NCBI GenBank assembly: GCA_964016885.1
Contig: OZ024742.1
Coordinates: forward strand, 244,218,001 to 244,282,000
Direction: 5' to 3'
DNA: 64,000 nt
Source: Eledone cirrhosa
Taxonomy: Eukaryota
In this document: positions 32,881 to 45,751 of the stretch, in pieces
Layout: every line of letters begins with the position of its first letter
Numbering within the stretch: the stretch's first letter is position 1
The notes under the pieces: generated by a model
Database searches by the model: none
Told to the model about the DNA's origin: nothing
Seen by the model: only the letters and a program-made list of their open reading frames with translations
Translations under genes and position numbers: made by a program

Positions 32881-35878
32881 CATCTTCATCATCATCATCA
32901 TTGCTTAACATCCATCTTCCACGCTTGCATGGGTTTGGACGGGAGTTTTCCCACTTGAGGCAAGAGTGGTTGTCTTGCTCGCATAGGACTGTCTGGCGGG
33001 TTTTCTACGGCTGGATGCCCTTCCTAACACCAACCACGTTTACAGTGTGGACTGGGAAGTGTTTACTGTGTTACCTACACGGCCACATTACAGCATGGAC
33101 TGTGTTTTTTTGTCGTGACACCTACACAACCTCATTTGTTTCGGACTGGATGTGGTACCAACATAACTTTACATTGAAAGGGGTGGGACGGGGGTGTATT
33201 TTTGTTAGAGGTGCCTACTGACTGTAGTAGGTTTCACTTTGTACTTAGGTAAGGCGGGTCTTCTGTATTACTGTGTAGCGCCAAAGATCTCGGTCCAGTG
33301 ACATTGTCTTGGAGAGGTGTAAGTGTGTGAGGTCGGAATTTATCAAGTCGTCCCAGGTTTTTCTGGGTCTGCCTACTCCGTGGCTACCGTCTATCTTTAT
33401 TGCCCTGCACTTTTTTATACAGCTGTCGTCTTTCATGCGCATCACGTGACCATACCAACGTAGTCTTCTCTCGAGTAAACAACATCTGATCCCTCTTATT
33501 TCTAATTTTTCCCTTTGTTCGTTTATGCTTTGCCGTTCACGTATATTACTATTACACATCCAGCGGAGCATGCAAGCTTCGTTCCTCTCCAGTCTGCGTA
33601 TATCCTCTGCACACAATGCCCAAGTCTCACTGCCATGTAACATTGCTGTTCGTATGCAGGCATCATACAGCCTGCCTTTCATTTTTAGAGAGAACCCTTT
33701 AGCGGCTAATAGTGGTATAAGCTCTCTGAACTTTTTCCATCCAGTTCTGACTCTAGCTACTGTACTTTCAGAGCACCCTCCACCACTGCTGATTTTGTCA
33801 CCCAAGTAACGGAAGGTGTCCACTATTTCTATAGAACCATCTGTGCAATGGAATGAGCTAGTATTCTGTGGGCACTTGCTGCTACTTATTGCACCAGAGC
33901 ACCGGCCACATATAAAATCTATATTCTTAGTTAGCTTACCTGTGATCCCACTACATCTTTTATGCACCCATACTTTGCATTTGGGACATAAAATGGAGTT
34001 TCTACCTACTCCTTTCCTACACACTGAGCATGGCCATTTCCCGGATGGGACCGGTGCCCTATTTTCCTTCCTACAAACTAGAACTTTAGTCTTAGACAGG
34101 TTAATTTTAAGGCCTTTTGATTCTAGGCCATGCTTCCATGTTTGGAGTTTCTTCTCTAGTTCAGCCATTGATTCAGCTATGAGTGTTAGATCATCTGCAT
34201 ATAGGAGTTCCCATGGGCAGCCAGTCTTGAACTCCACTGTTATAGCCTGAAGGGCAATAATAAATAGTAGGGGGCTAAGAACGGAGCTCTGATGAACACC
34301 AACTTTTACGCTAAACTCTTCACTATATTCGTTAATTCTAACCTTGCTGACTATTTCTTTATACATGGCTTGTATAGCTCTCACAAGCCATTCATCAACA
34401 CCTAGTTTTCTAAGAGCCCACCAGATAATGGAACGGGGGACTCTGTCAAAGGCTTTCTCCAAGTCAACAAAAGCTAAGTATAGGGGTTTACTTTTAGCTA
34501 GGTACTTCTCCTGTAGTTGTCGTACAATGAAAAGAGCGTCTGTGGTACTTTTACCTGACACAAACCCGAACTGCATTTCATCTAGATCAATTCGCTCTCT
34601 GATTAGTTGCGCTATTACTTTTTCTGTGACCTTCATGACCTGGTCGATTAATTTAATGCCTCTATAGGGCATCTCCTTTACCCTTGTAGCAGTTAATGAT
34701 GATGCTGCTACGCCAGTCCTTCAGAACAACCCCATTCTGTATGACTTGGTTTACTATCCGGGTGACCATGGTGTGTCCCACCGTTCCAGAAGCTTTCAGC
34801 ATTTCAGTAACTATTTCCGAAGGCCCAACCGCCTTACCCGTCTTCATATCTTTGATTGCCTTACTTATTATACTATATTCAACTAACATTGCTGGTCCCT
34901 CTATTGGATCGATGTGGGGGAGACTGTCTTTCTCCTCATTTAGTAGCCTTTCGTAGTGACACTTCCAAGCTACCTTCTTATCAGCGTCAGTGATGGCAAG
35001 TACGCCATCATCATTAAGGACACACTTCTCCCCGACAATATCACGGTTTTCCTTGATACATTGCCTAGCAATCCTGAACACCTCGCGTTGTAGAACATGC
35101 TTGAACTTTCTTTCCTCTGCTTCCCTTCTTGCGAAGTACACTTGTCTCCTGGCCACTTGATAGTCTTCTCTACTTCCCCCATCCCGCCATACTTTCCAAG
35201 CCTGCTTTTTGGCCTTAATTGACCCCTCCACCTTACTGTTCCACCACCATGTTACTCTCCTCCTGCCTACAGGCCTGCTCCAGCCACAGACTTCGTCTGT
35301 CGCCATCAGCAGGTTTGCTTTCAGAAATTCCCACTGTCCCTCTATATTGTCCAACTCTAAATGTTCTTCCTTACTGTCGAAAGCATCAAGTAATATGCTT
35401 TTAAATTTATTACTGGTTGTGGGGTCCTTTAGCTTCCATATTTTTCTCCTGAGGATAGTCCTCTTCTGTTGTCGAGTACGTCTTGTCCTGACTATGAGGT
35501 CGCTAATTATCAGTCTATGTTGGGAGGTGCATTCTTCATGGGGGAGGGATTTAGTGTTTACAACAGACACTCTGTCACGTCTTCTGGTAAGGATATAATC
35601 TACCTGGCTGGTATGTTCCCCTGATCTGTAGGTGATCAAGTGATTGTCTCGTTTTTTTGAAGTTAGTGTTACAGATAGTTAGGTTATTTGCGTCACAGAA
35701 TTCCAGGATTCTGGAGCCTTCCTCATTTCTAGTACCAAACCCATAGCCTCCATGGATTCCGTCATAGCCGTCACAATGTTGTCCAACGTGACCATTTAGG
35801 TCGCCAGCAATAATTATATAGTCACTGTCGGTTATTTGGGAGATAGTGAGCATCAGTGTCTCATAGAATCTGTCTTTT
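32881..35878 (-). mobile_element. 5'-truncated RTE-clade LINE (partial APE endonuclease, RT, 3' UTR, (ATG)n tail), frameshifted
   Basis: IIAGDLNGHVG..GFGTRNEEG..ILEFC..CNTNF; TYRSG..QVDYIL; YRGIKL, QFGF, AFVDLEKAFDRVP, GVHQSSVLSP, LLYADD, FRYLG, RLRWYGHV, GRPRKTW. Frame breaks near 35640 and 34670. Candidate TSD ATAGCTT at 32874-32880 and 35879-35885. Confidence 0.95.
33245..34672 (-). pseudogene. RTE reverse transcriptase ORF segment (475 aa) with embedded C4HC3 finger
   Basis: RT motifs as above; CSVC-x10-CPKC-x4-H-x2-C-x14-CGRC. Confidence 0.92.
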
Positions 35879-36572
35879 ATAGCTTGTATTTATTTATTTC
35901 AAGTTACACAGACACTCTTGTCATCCATCAGTGAAATGAACCAGTGATTGCTCTCTTAGAAACCTATAACTAATAATACTATTGTTCATAAAGTGCACGA
36001 TAATATTTAATCATAATAGAGCAGTGTCTTAGCAAGGGAAAAATTCATCTTTTGACCACTTAAAATTATGCAAACCCATGTTATGTAACGGCCATGAAAA
36101 TCTGGATAGTTAGGAACAGATTAGCTTCTAATTTCTATGCTATTTATTTTTACTCTTCATAATGCTAATTACTGACTGATCCTAACCGTTCACTTATGAA
36201 ATAGGAGTTCAATCTATTGTTATTGAGATAGTTCATCCATTCATAAGATGATGACCATGCCATCATTCATCAGTTCAAGGATTCAGAATTGCAGACGCAA
36301 GTTTGTGATGTCATGACTTGCATGTGAAGGATATTTGCATAATGTTAACTTTTCTCTTGTTATACTAAATATGAAACTTGACTCTACAGCAGCAATATGA
36401 CTGGAAATTTAGAGCCATCAACACATGTAGATGGGTGTAAACCAAACCTGACTATAGCTTAAGATGAACAAGCAAACAATTTTGTTCACCTTGCTAGAAA
36501 AAACAAGAAAATTCCTGAAAATAGAGTATTTTTTTATGCCACATTGAATAATGTAGTGCTAGATACACTGTC

Positions 36573-36843
36573 GGTGGAAGCGTGTGGCCTAGTGTTAAGG
36601 GTGTTGGACTTGTAATCATAATGTTGTGGGTTTGATTCCTGGACTGTTGTGTTCTTGAGCAAACTTACGTTATTCCAGTATACTCAGCTAAAAATGAACA
36701 CCAGCAGTAGCTGCATGTTTAACCTTGTGAAGGACTAGCGTCCTGTCCAGGGAAAAGTCTTATACTCTCAGTTGGCTTATGCCACGGAAACCAGGATAAG
36801 CACTTGCCTGATGAGCCTCCATGCTCAAGACAGGCTTTAAACT
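36573..36843 (+). mobile_element. tRNA-headed SINE, family C (CORE-like plus V-like segment)
   Basis: A/B-box-like head; gttcttgagcaaa; ggactagcgtcctgtccaggg; 13-bp TSD tagata(c/t)actgtc at 36560-36572 and 36844-36856. Confidence 0.8.
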
Positions 36844-37619
36844 TAGATATACTGTCTGGAGAAAAGACAGGATGGTTATGGTTGAAATCCCTTTAAACAC
36901 AGGTTTGACTTAAGACTAAACAACTAAGATTAGCATGTTTGAATGATCTAGGATGTATAAGATGTAAGCATACAAACTAAAAGACAGTTTACTCATTCTA
37001 ACACACATAAACAAAAGATGTATTCTGTGTACACCCAAGGAAAATATCTTAATGTTCTTGTAGAAGATGATGATCAGGTTTGTAAAATGCTAGTTGAAAG
37101 GTGATAAATGATGAGTAAGTTAAGAGAATACTGGTTTAAAATATATATAGATAGATGATGGCTAAGTTAGTAAAATATTGGTATAGATAGATGTTGGTTA
37201 ACCTTTTCATTACTATTTGTTTCATGAAATACACTACTTATATATTTCAGTTCATTTTGGAAATATTATAATTTAATGTTTAGTACATAACCAATAAATG
37301 GTTACAAAAAATTATAATGGTTGGTTTTAATTTAAATATGAAGACTTTAAAACAAAGGATCTTGTATATAGTAAATTTTTTTAAAGTCTGTTGGAATTGA
37401 AATGGTAAAGTTAGAAATACTAATTGAAAACTAGTGACAGGTATTGTGTTCTTATCTTAAGCAAAACATCTGGAAAAGCATATTACACCCAGGATATATT
37501 TTTGAGATTGTCATTAAATACCTAAGCTGCAGAGTCTCTGTTCTAATAACTTAAAGAAATGATAAATCATTTGAAAAATATTAAAAATATATGCTGCACC
37601 ATCTATGAGAGAAATTTTG

Positions 37620-37812
37620 ATTTCTAATTTAGGTATAAGACCAGCAAATTGGGTTGGGGTGATTAAATCAACCACAGCACTTGACTAGTGCTTTATTTTG
37701 ACCCCAGAAGGATGAAACGCACTGTTGACCTCGGTGAGATTAGAACTGAGAATGTAAATATCTCAATAGCATTTTATACAAATGTCTACCAATTTTGCTA
37801 ATCCACCACCCT
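37620..37812 (-). mobile_element. SINE family B, degenerate
   Basis: Family signature. Confidence 0.65.
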
Positions 37813-37838
37813 TTCTGGGGGAGGAGGAGTAATATCTG

Positions 37839-38060
37839 TTAACCCTTTGGCATTTAAACCGGCTGTATCTGGCCAGAATTCTTTCACCTCTTTCAGTTCA
37901 AACCGGCTATACCTGGCTGCTCATACTTATGTTAAGATATTGTTCTCAAAATAGATAATATTAAAATCTCATAGATTCAATATTATATGAGATAATTATG
38001 GGAGATAAAGTGTTTACCATGAAAATACAATAATAAATATAGAGTAATGTAAAGGGTTAA
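37839..38060. mobile_element. piggyBac-type MITE
   Basis: TTAACCCTTT..AAAGGGTTAA. Confidence 0.88.
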
Positions 38061-38730
38061 TATAACGTATTGTTTTTATCCTTGGTTTAGTAATTTTATT
38101 GGGCCTGGTGTAATGGGCAAGCTATTTTGTAACCAAAATAACAATGTATTAAAATAAAAGGGGCATAAAGCATAGAATAAGATGTAAGATCATGGTAAAT
38201 CAAACTTAGGATTGTGCCTTCTCAATTCCTGGTTGTAACCACTTAACTTCTCTTGAAATATCTTCAGAAACACAATCTTGTTTCCTCTTCCTTATAAATC
38301 TGGACATTTGTGCAATGTTAAGAGAAATCAATATATTAAAAGAACTTTTTAAATTTATTCTTTTCATCATTAGGTTCAATTAGGCAGGGAATTACTTGTA
38401 TTATACTGGGGAAATTAGCTTCCACAAGAGTAGAAGAAAAACAATTGAGAATGGTGTTTGAAGAAGTGAGTTCTATATGATTGATTATCTAATGTTTGGC
38501 TGTGAACTGTGGAAAATCTTGGCTCTGTTGATATATAAACTAAGCATTCCATTATAATTAAGTACTTTACTTTGCTTGAGAATTCTCACACATTTCCTAT
38601 AGCCAGCCCATCCACACCAATACTATAATTAAGAGGTTTAGGCCCTACCCAGTTTGTACTAGTCAAAGATAACTGCTTTTTCTAATCTTATTGCTCCATA
38701 AAATGCTACAGATTCTGTATCTGTAGACTA

Positions 38731-38947
38731 TTAACCCTTCAGCATTTAAACCAGCTGTATCCAGCCAGAATTCTCTCACCTCTTCCTATTGAAACTGGCT
38801 GTAACTGGCCACTCATACTAATGTTAAGGTCTTGTTCTTAAAATAAATAACATCAAAATCTCATAGATTCAATATTATGTGAGATAAAACCTTTACCAAA
38901 AAATACAATAATATATATATACAGTAATATAAATGCTAAATGGTTAA
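38731..38947. mobile_element. piggyBac-type MITE
   Basis: TTAACCCTT..GGTTAA and family internal sequence. Confidence 0.88.
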
Positions 38948-40708
38948 GGCAATGTTAAAAGCACAACTGCATTGAAGACATCTTACTCACCTTTTAGCCT
39001 CCTATAACTATGTCACTGATAATGTGAAAGATTAACCCATTCCTTTAAATATTTTTAATGAAAAACACTGCCTTTGTGTTTCAAATATGTTTTTAAATTA
39101 TCGGGAATTTAGAGAGATTTAGTAATACAATTAACTTTCTCATTATTATGTTAGTGTTTGGAGCATCACTTAATATAGTTTCTTACATAAAATTGTGACG
39201 GAAGGTTTTTAGATAAATCTAAATATTTTAAACCAAACAGTTTTCTGCTGTAAAACTGAGGTCAACTTGATATCAGAAGAGTTAAGTGTGAAATGGATAT
39301 TGAGGAAATTCCTGAGATAGGTAAAATACTATGTTTATCAGCAGTCATCACATCATGATGCTAAAGCTGGTGAAACTGACACCCTCTTAACCCTTCCTCC
39401 CTTCGTCTGGTTGAATATCCAGGATATGATGGCTGGAAAGAGACAAAGAGAGCTAACATAGAATTGATCTGGTACTTTCTTTATTGATCCTTTATTGAAA
39501 CGTAAGTTTGCTCAAGAACACAACACAGAAACTCAGAACAAACATCCAACACTCTAAAAACTCTGTCAAATCAACGACCTATTTAAAATAGTACTAACAG
39601 AGAAATTTATTTATTTAAAGTAACTTTTTTTAAAAATAAAATTCAAATGTGTCTTAGAAATTTAGTATTATTTATTTCAGTTGGATGGTTATACAAATTC
39701 ATATACTTCTTAAACAGTGTTAAAACATTTCTTTTTTATAGCTGGGGAATACTTCATTTTATGCCAAACACTAACACATAAAGTCTGGCTGATAAGGATC
39801 AATCATTTATAAGATCAGCCTCCTACTTCTTTCACTGTTGTGAAGACTGATGTACACACAGATATACTTGTATGATAAACCAGCTGTAACAATTATCTGC
39901 TATTTAGTCAACTATCAGTCTCTCTGAATATTCTGTGTCATACCTATGATCCTAACTACTTGTAAAATTTCAGTTACTACTGAACTTTGCCAAGCTATTT
40001 TCTCTTTTCTTCTGTTGTCAGGTCAATGCCCAAGATTCAATAGACAAGTATTGGATCTGCTAGGCAATGCTATCCACTCACTCAGCTTTCACAGACTACT
40101 TTCTTATTCTAAAGAATCCTTTTGAATAGACACAAGGTCAATTATGTAAACAGATACATTTCTTCTTGGATAAGATGCTGTTTTAGAGAATATCACCAGA
40201 TTATCTACTATCTGTTAATTATATCAGACACTATGTAAATTAAGGGGTGTAGAATTAAGTCTACTGTCTATAAATGAGTTCTGATCTAAGCTCAAGGCCT
40301 GTAATTTGTGAGAAGAGGAAAGTCAATTATATCAACCCCAGTATTTGACTGGTTCTTTATTTTATCAATTCCGGAAGGATGAAGGGCAAAGTTGATCTCA
40401 TTGGGATTTGAACAGAAACAAATGCTACAGAGCATTTTATCTAATAATTCTAATGCTTAGTTTATACCAGGAAGTAGAAATAGCAACAGTGTAATGTATT
40501 TCTGTATAACAACTACTTCTCAACAAATAAAAACAGTTTATGGTGATGAATATTAACTGCAGATATATCACAGGGCTGTGATAGAGTCAGCAGCAACCCA
40601 CACAACCACATGTTGCTACCCACAAACAAACAAAAAATGAGACCATATATATCTAAATATTGATATTATTATTTATAGATGTCTCATTGTGTTTAAAAAA
40701 TATGTTTA

Positions 40709-40962
40709 TTAACCCTTTAGCATTTACATTACTCTATATATACTATTGTATTTTTGTATTTTTATCTTTCATAATTATCTCACATAATATTGAATCTACA
40801 AGATTTTGATGTTATTTATTTTGAGAACAATACCTTAATGTCAGTATGAGTGGCCAGGTACAGCCGGTTTGAACAGAAAGATGTGAGAGAATTCGACCCC
40901 AGTGCATTACTGGTACTTTATTTTATCGACCCCGTAGGGATGAAAGGCAAAGTTAACCTCAA
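40709..40962. mobile_element. Truncated piggyBac-type MITE fused to a SINE family B fragment
   Basis: TTAACCCTTTAGCATTTAC start; switches to SINE sequence at about 40894. Confidence 0.8.
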
Positions 40963-41483
40963 GATAATCAATCACTGCTGAGAATCTTTACCAAATATTA
41001 ATGTAAATGTTATTATTATTATAAACATCACCTCTAATAGCATATTTATTCACATATAAATAAGTATATATATGTGTGCATTATAAACACATATAAGTTT
41101 TATTCACACTTGCATTCAATCACCTCTTGCTCCAAGTCTCAATACAAGATAGACCCAAATCTACATCAAAACAAAACATTACAGACAATTATAGCAACCC
41201 TACATAAGAGGATGAGCTATCCATTGGAAAATTTTTCTCTAACTAACCACCCTGGACCGAGCCTAAACGCCTACCCCCACCACACTCACAAATAAATAAA
41301 TAAATAACAAAATTTATTAGAATTTCACCGAATTCCAAAATAGCTTGACAGCCGAAATAGGTAGCAGTCACAACTATCCCCATCATTAACAAAAGAAAGC
41401 CAACGACAGCAACAGTGACAACAATAACACCATATATATATATATATATATATAAGTAGTTCCACAACAGTTAGTTCACCATT

Positions 41484-41526
41484 TCCGAGAACGATTGTTT
41501 CACCTTATTCGGATCATCAGCTTGAA
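41484..41526 (-). ncRNA. Minimal type I hammerhead ribozyme motif, probably decayed
   Basis: Minus strand: TTCAAG-CTGATGA-TCC GAATAA GGT-GAAA-C AATC G-T-T-CTCGGA, within a ~100-bp unique segment between (TA)n runs. Confidence 0.55.
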
Positions 41527-41548
41527 TATAACCCACCAGTGTTCTATT

Positions 41549-41595
<47 letters not shown>

Positions 41596-42019
41596 ATGTA
41601 TATATATTTGCAGCTCCCAGTCATCCCAAGCTGGCAATCCCTTAACTATGTCGACAATAAGTAGCCGACATCGGCAACAAGTCAGAAACTATCAACAAAA
41701 CAATGAGGACACCAAATTACTCTCACCCTCGTACAACTACAATACTGGGATCTATTTAATCATTTAAGATATATACACATATATATCTTAAATATATATA
41801 TACATATGTATCTTAAATCATCACAACCAAACAAGCATCACTGTTGCCATCACCACCACCGCCACCACCATCATCACACACAGTATACACATGTTTATTT
41901 GTCTGGAAGATCATCAAAAGAGGAATAGTTGTGGCCCAGAGATAACTGCCATGTTTCACTGGTGATAAATGCAAGGAATTAGCCAGGATCAATTGTACCA
42001 CACATATACAACAAAAAAG

Positions 42020-42247
42020 CACCCAGCCCACACTGTAAAGTGACTGTACCATGTAGGTGCCACAGTAAAAAAAAAAGCACCCAGCACTGAGGTTGGTGTT
42101 AGGAAGAGCATCCAGCTATAGAAATCAAGCCAAAATCAGTTCCCGTATGAGCAAGACAAGGTCACCTGACCTGGCATTGCCCACAACATGTCTAACCCAT
42201 GCTAGCGTGGAAGAATGGACGTAAAACAGTAATGATAATGATGATGA
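42020..42247 (+). mobile_element. RTE 3' UTR-derived fragment
   Basis: cacccagcccacactgtaaag modules, ggttggtgttaggaag motif, (GAT)n tail. Confidence 0.75.
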
Positions 42248-42289
42248 TATACACACACAATTACATGCATGTTGATATATACTGATGGA

Positions 42290-42604
42290 AGGCACTCTGT
42301 CGATTACGACGACAAGTGTTCCAATTGATCCGATCAACGGAACAACCTGCTTGTGAAATTAACGTGCAAGTGGCTGAGCATTCCACAGACGTGCATACTC
42401 TTCACATAGTTCTCAGGGAGATTAAGCGTGACACCGAACGTGACAAGGCTGGCCCTTCGAATTACAGGTACAACTCATTTTTGCCAACTGAGTGGACTGG
42501 AGCAACATGAAATAAAGTGTCTTGCTCAAGGACACAACATGCCGCTGGGAATCGAACTCATAATTGTGAGCCGAATATCTTAACCACAAACCACGCATCT
42601 TCAC
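42290..42604 (-). mobile_element. tRNA-headed CORE-like SINE, family A, near full length
   Basis: Minus strand GAGTTCGATTCC B box, then gtgtccttgagcaagacactttatttcatgttgctccagtccactcag. Confidence 0.85.
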
Positions 42605-42605
42605 A

Positions 42606-43343
42606 CAATAGTCTCTTCTGAGGAGGGTTAGAGAAGAAATTCCAATTAATGCACATGTGGGAAGGACATGCAGTCTATCCCCTGATCAAGAGTTAGAGCT
42701 TGCAGAATGCTTGAAACTTATAGTGGATTGGGGCTGAGACATCATCATGGCTGAGGTTAAGGATCTGGTTCAAGATTTTTGTGCATATCATTGTATAGAG
42801 ACCGCCTTCACACACAATCACCCAAGCCGTGATTAGTTGGATGGATTTTTACGACATCGCCCATCTATTGCTCCCCCTCCTTTTCGCAAGACAACAACTG
42901 AGCACAGCTAGGAGTTGTGCACAGTTTGATTTATTAGACAAGGAACTTTCATAGACAGAAGTGAAGGGTTTGCCTGAACAAATATTCAATGTGGATGAAA
43001 GTGGCTTTGTCACAAACCCAAAATCAGACATGATGTTGGCCAGGAAAGGTGCAAAGCATGTTAACCAGGTGATAATTGCACCCAGTAGGCCTATATTGGA
43101 ACTAAAACATTATGAATTTGAGTCTTGAGACTGGGGCCTAATGCTCTGCACATGTGGGTAATAGATCCCACTTTAAAGGTCACTGTTTTAAAATAAATGA
43201 TGTATTTTTTCAATAAATTTGCTGTAGTTTTATTGACAACCATATGTTTGTTTAGATTAGTTTATGTTTAGCTTTCCCTCCTATGGCTTAAAAAAAATCT
43301 AAAAATCAAAAAGTGTGGAGCCTGATGCCCCCATTTGCCCTAT
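42606..43343 (+). mobile_element. pogo/Fot1-like DNA transposon remnant (CENP-B-type HTH and start of DDE_1)
   Basis: Hand translation: GRTCSLSPDQELELAECLKLIVDWG; PEQIFNVDESGFVTNPKSDMMLARKGAKHV; stops present; candidate right TIR ending ..ccccatttgccc-TA. Confidence 0.75.
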
Positions 43344-43589
43344 ATTATTAATTATTGATAAATTTATAATCGGGACAAGAATTATGTGTATGCAAACATA
43401 CATAGACATGAGAATGTCCACACAACATATACTTGGGTATCATAGTCAAAACTTGGGAGTGCGTGTGTGTATACATATATACATATATATCTCTAAGATT
43501 TTCCACTTGAACACCCCTAGGTTTTTTTTTTAGGTCCCCTTCCATGCCTATCTCCCCCCAACTTTTTTTGTCTTGTCTTCTGTTGCCTT

Positions 43590-45400
43590 GAAAATTCTGT
43601 TCAGGATTCTAAGAGTCGTGCAGCCCTTGCATCCTCAATCGACTGGGAGCCCCTCTTCCATTTCACCCCACTTGTACCCGGGCTCCCCAACTCTGGCACT
43701 GACCGAGGCAGCTTGTCAATAACAGCTTTTGCCCAAGGACACCACACCCTCTGCTCTTAGATGCCCTCAATCCTCCACCCCTAAGGCCAGTGCAAAGCGT
43801 TTACGCAACCACATAAACGCCAAACTATTCGAGGGTGATGTCTTGGCTGTGGTCAGAGTTGTTGCCTCAGAGGACACCATCCTCCATACCACTGAATAGG
43901 TCCTAGCTGCTCTTCGGCTCAAGCATCCTGAACTGCCCACAGACATAAGACCCATACCCCCACCTGATCCTTCACTGCTATATGTGGCATCAGACGCAGA
44001 CATCATGTCTGCCATAAAGTCCTTCCCTGCCAGCTGCAGCAGAGGTACTGATGATCTCCAACCAGTATTGCTATCACCCCTATCAGCTGAAGCCAGGTGC
44101 CACCTTCTGAGTGCAATTGTGGAACTCATCAACGGGTTTATCCATGGCTCTCTGGACCCTTATGCCCGAGGCCTTTTCTTTTCAGCCAGCTTGACCACTC
44201 TCTGAAAGAAACAGGGTGGTATACACCCCATCACAGTGGGAAAATTCTCCCAGAGGCTGGCGACCAAGGTGGTCAGCCATGCATCTCTCCTCACTGAGTT
44301 CAACACTTGTATCCGAGTAGCAGCTGGGGAGATACGCAACATCAAGTTTGACGACTTTGGATGGCAATGGCCACCTTACCTGTTAGAAATGGTGGCCTTG
44401 GTGTTCGGTCTCACTGGCTTTGCCGTCGTTCCTGTCATTGGTAACCTCTTGCCGCATCTTCATCAACAGGGTTCTCCAAAACACAATGGAACCCACTGTG
44501 ATGGAGGAACGTGAGACGACCTGTGAAACTTGGAACCAGCTCGGACTCCACTCAGTAGACGTCCCTTTTCCTCTTCTTGTAGATGTCAAATCCTCCCAAA
44601 GCATATGGGATGCCATCCAGTGCAACATGGCCTCTAACTGGCTAGTGTGCCAGCTCGAAGAGCACCGCCTCACATGTTTTCACAGCGGTGCCAGGCTCAA
44701 TGCCTTACCCTCCTTTTCAACTGACACGCAGCTGGATAATGATAGCCTGCGAATCGGGGTTTTCCTGAGGCTCAGCCTCCAGATCTGCGGGCTACACAAA
44801 TGTCCACACCATGCTGCTCTCAACGCAGTCATAAAGAATGGCTTGGATGCTGCAGGCTTCTCTTCCCCCAGCTCAAGCCGATGGGGCTGGACTGAAGGGA
44901 TGGCAAAAGGCCAGATGTCATGACCATCTTCCTGTTCTGTGGTGGTAAACCCCTCATCTGGGATGCCACATGCAACTCATTCTCCAGCGGCAACTTGGTG
45001 CAGTCTGCGACTAATCCAAGTTCTGTCGCACTTCGAGCCAAAGAGGGTAAACTCTCCAAATATTGGTCACTCTCTGACAGGTTTTTGGTCGAACCCATAG
45101 CAGTGGGTACTTATGGTGTCCTTGGCCCTAGGGCCACCTCCCTACTCACCACCATCGGCACAAAGTTGGCTACCTGCTGGTGTGAGCCTCACAAGCTAGA
45201 ATGGCTCTTCCAGTACATCTCCCTTCACCATCCTCAAGAGGAAACACCTTCTCTATTCTGTATGCTGGGGCCTCAAGTGGCCAGCGCATGGGCCCTCATT
45301 TGTTCATAATAATGAGAAATGGGGAGAGCGGGAGAGATGGAGGCAGTGACGGTGGGAGTTTACTTCCTTTGTTTTCGGACCTGGTGTATATGTATATGTT
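43590..45400 (+). mobile_element. Decayed CRE-like non-LTR retrotransposon with restriction-like endonuclease; RT core deleted
   Basis: IKSFP..S.G.D.L; FFSASLTTL*KKQGGIHPITVG..RLATKV; LPVRNGGLG; SGARLNALP..TQLDNDSLRIGV.LRL; GKPLIWDATC..AKEGKLSKY..PIAVGTYGVLGP..EWLFQ..GN.FSIL. Confidence 0.85.
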
Positions 45401-45530
45401 TCATTATGTTCATTCAATTGTTTGCAAGTCTACCACAATAGGAATTCTGAAATTTGGCACTTCTTCAAATCTGACATTCCTCCACACTTTGACACATTAC
45501 AAGTATAATGTATTCTGCCAATCCATCTCT

Positions 45531-45751
45531 TTAACCCTTTAGCATTTAAACTGACTGTATCTGGCCAGAATTCTCTCACCTCTTTGTGTTCAAACTGGCT
45601 GTAACATACTTATGTTAAGATATTGTTCTCAAAATAAATAACATCAAAATTTTGTAGATTCAATATCATGTGAGATAATTATGTAGGATAAAACCTTTTA
45701 CCACAAAAATTCAACAGTAAATATAGAATAATGTAAATGTTAAAGGATTAA
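45531..45751. mobile_element. piggyBac-type MITE
   Basis: TTAACCCTTTAGCATTTAAA start and family sequence. Confidence 0.88.

Noticed and set aside
33525-35598. Plus-strand ORFs of 86-144 aa over the LINE (repeated at 54849-55574)
   Set aside because: Antisense shadows of the RTE ORF with no independent motifs.
36768-36830. CTGATGA in the SINE C tail near 36808 as a hammerhead core
   Set aside because: No GAAA or closing stems follow; it is ordinary SINE 3' sequence.
41074-41295. ORF ending ..NFSLTNHPGP as a 2A-like ribosome-skipping peptide
   Set aside because: Lacks the D(V/I)ExNPGP consensus.
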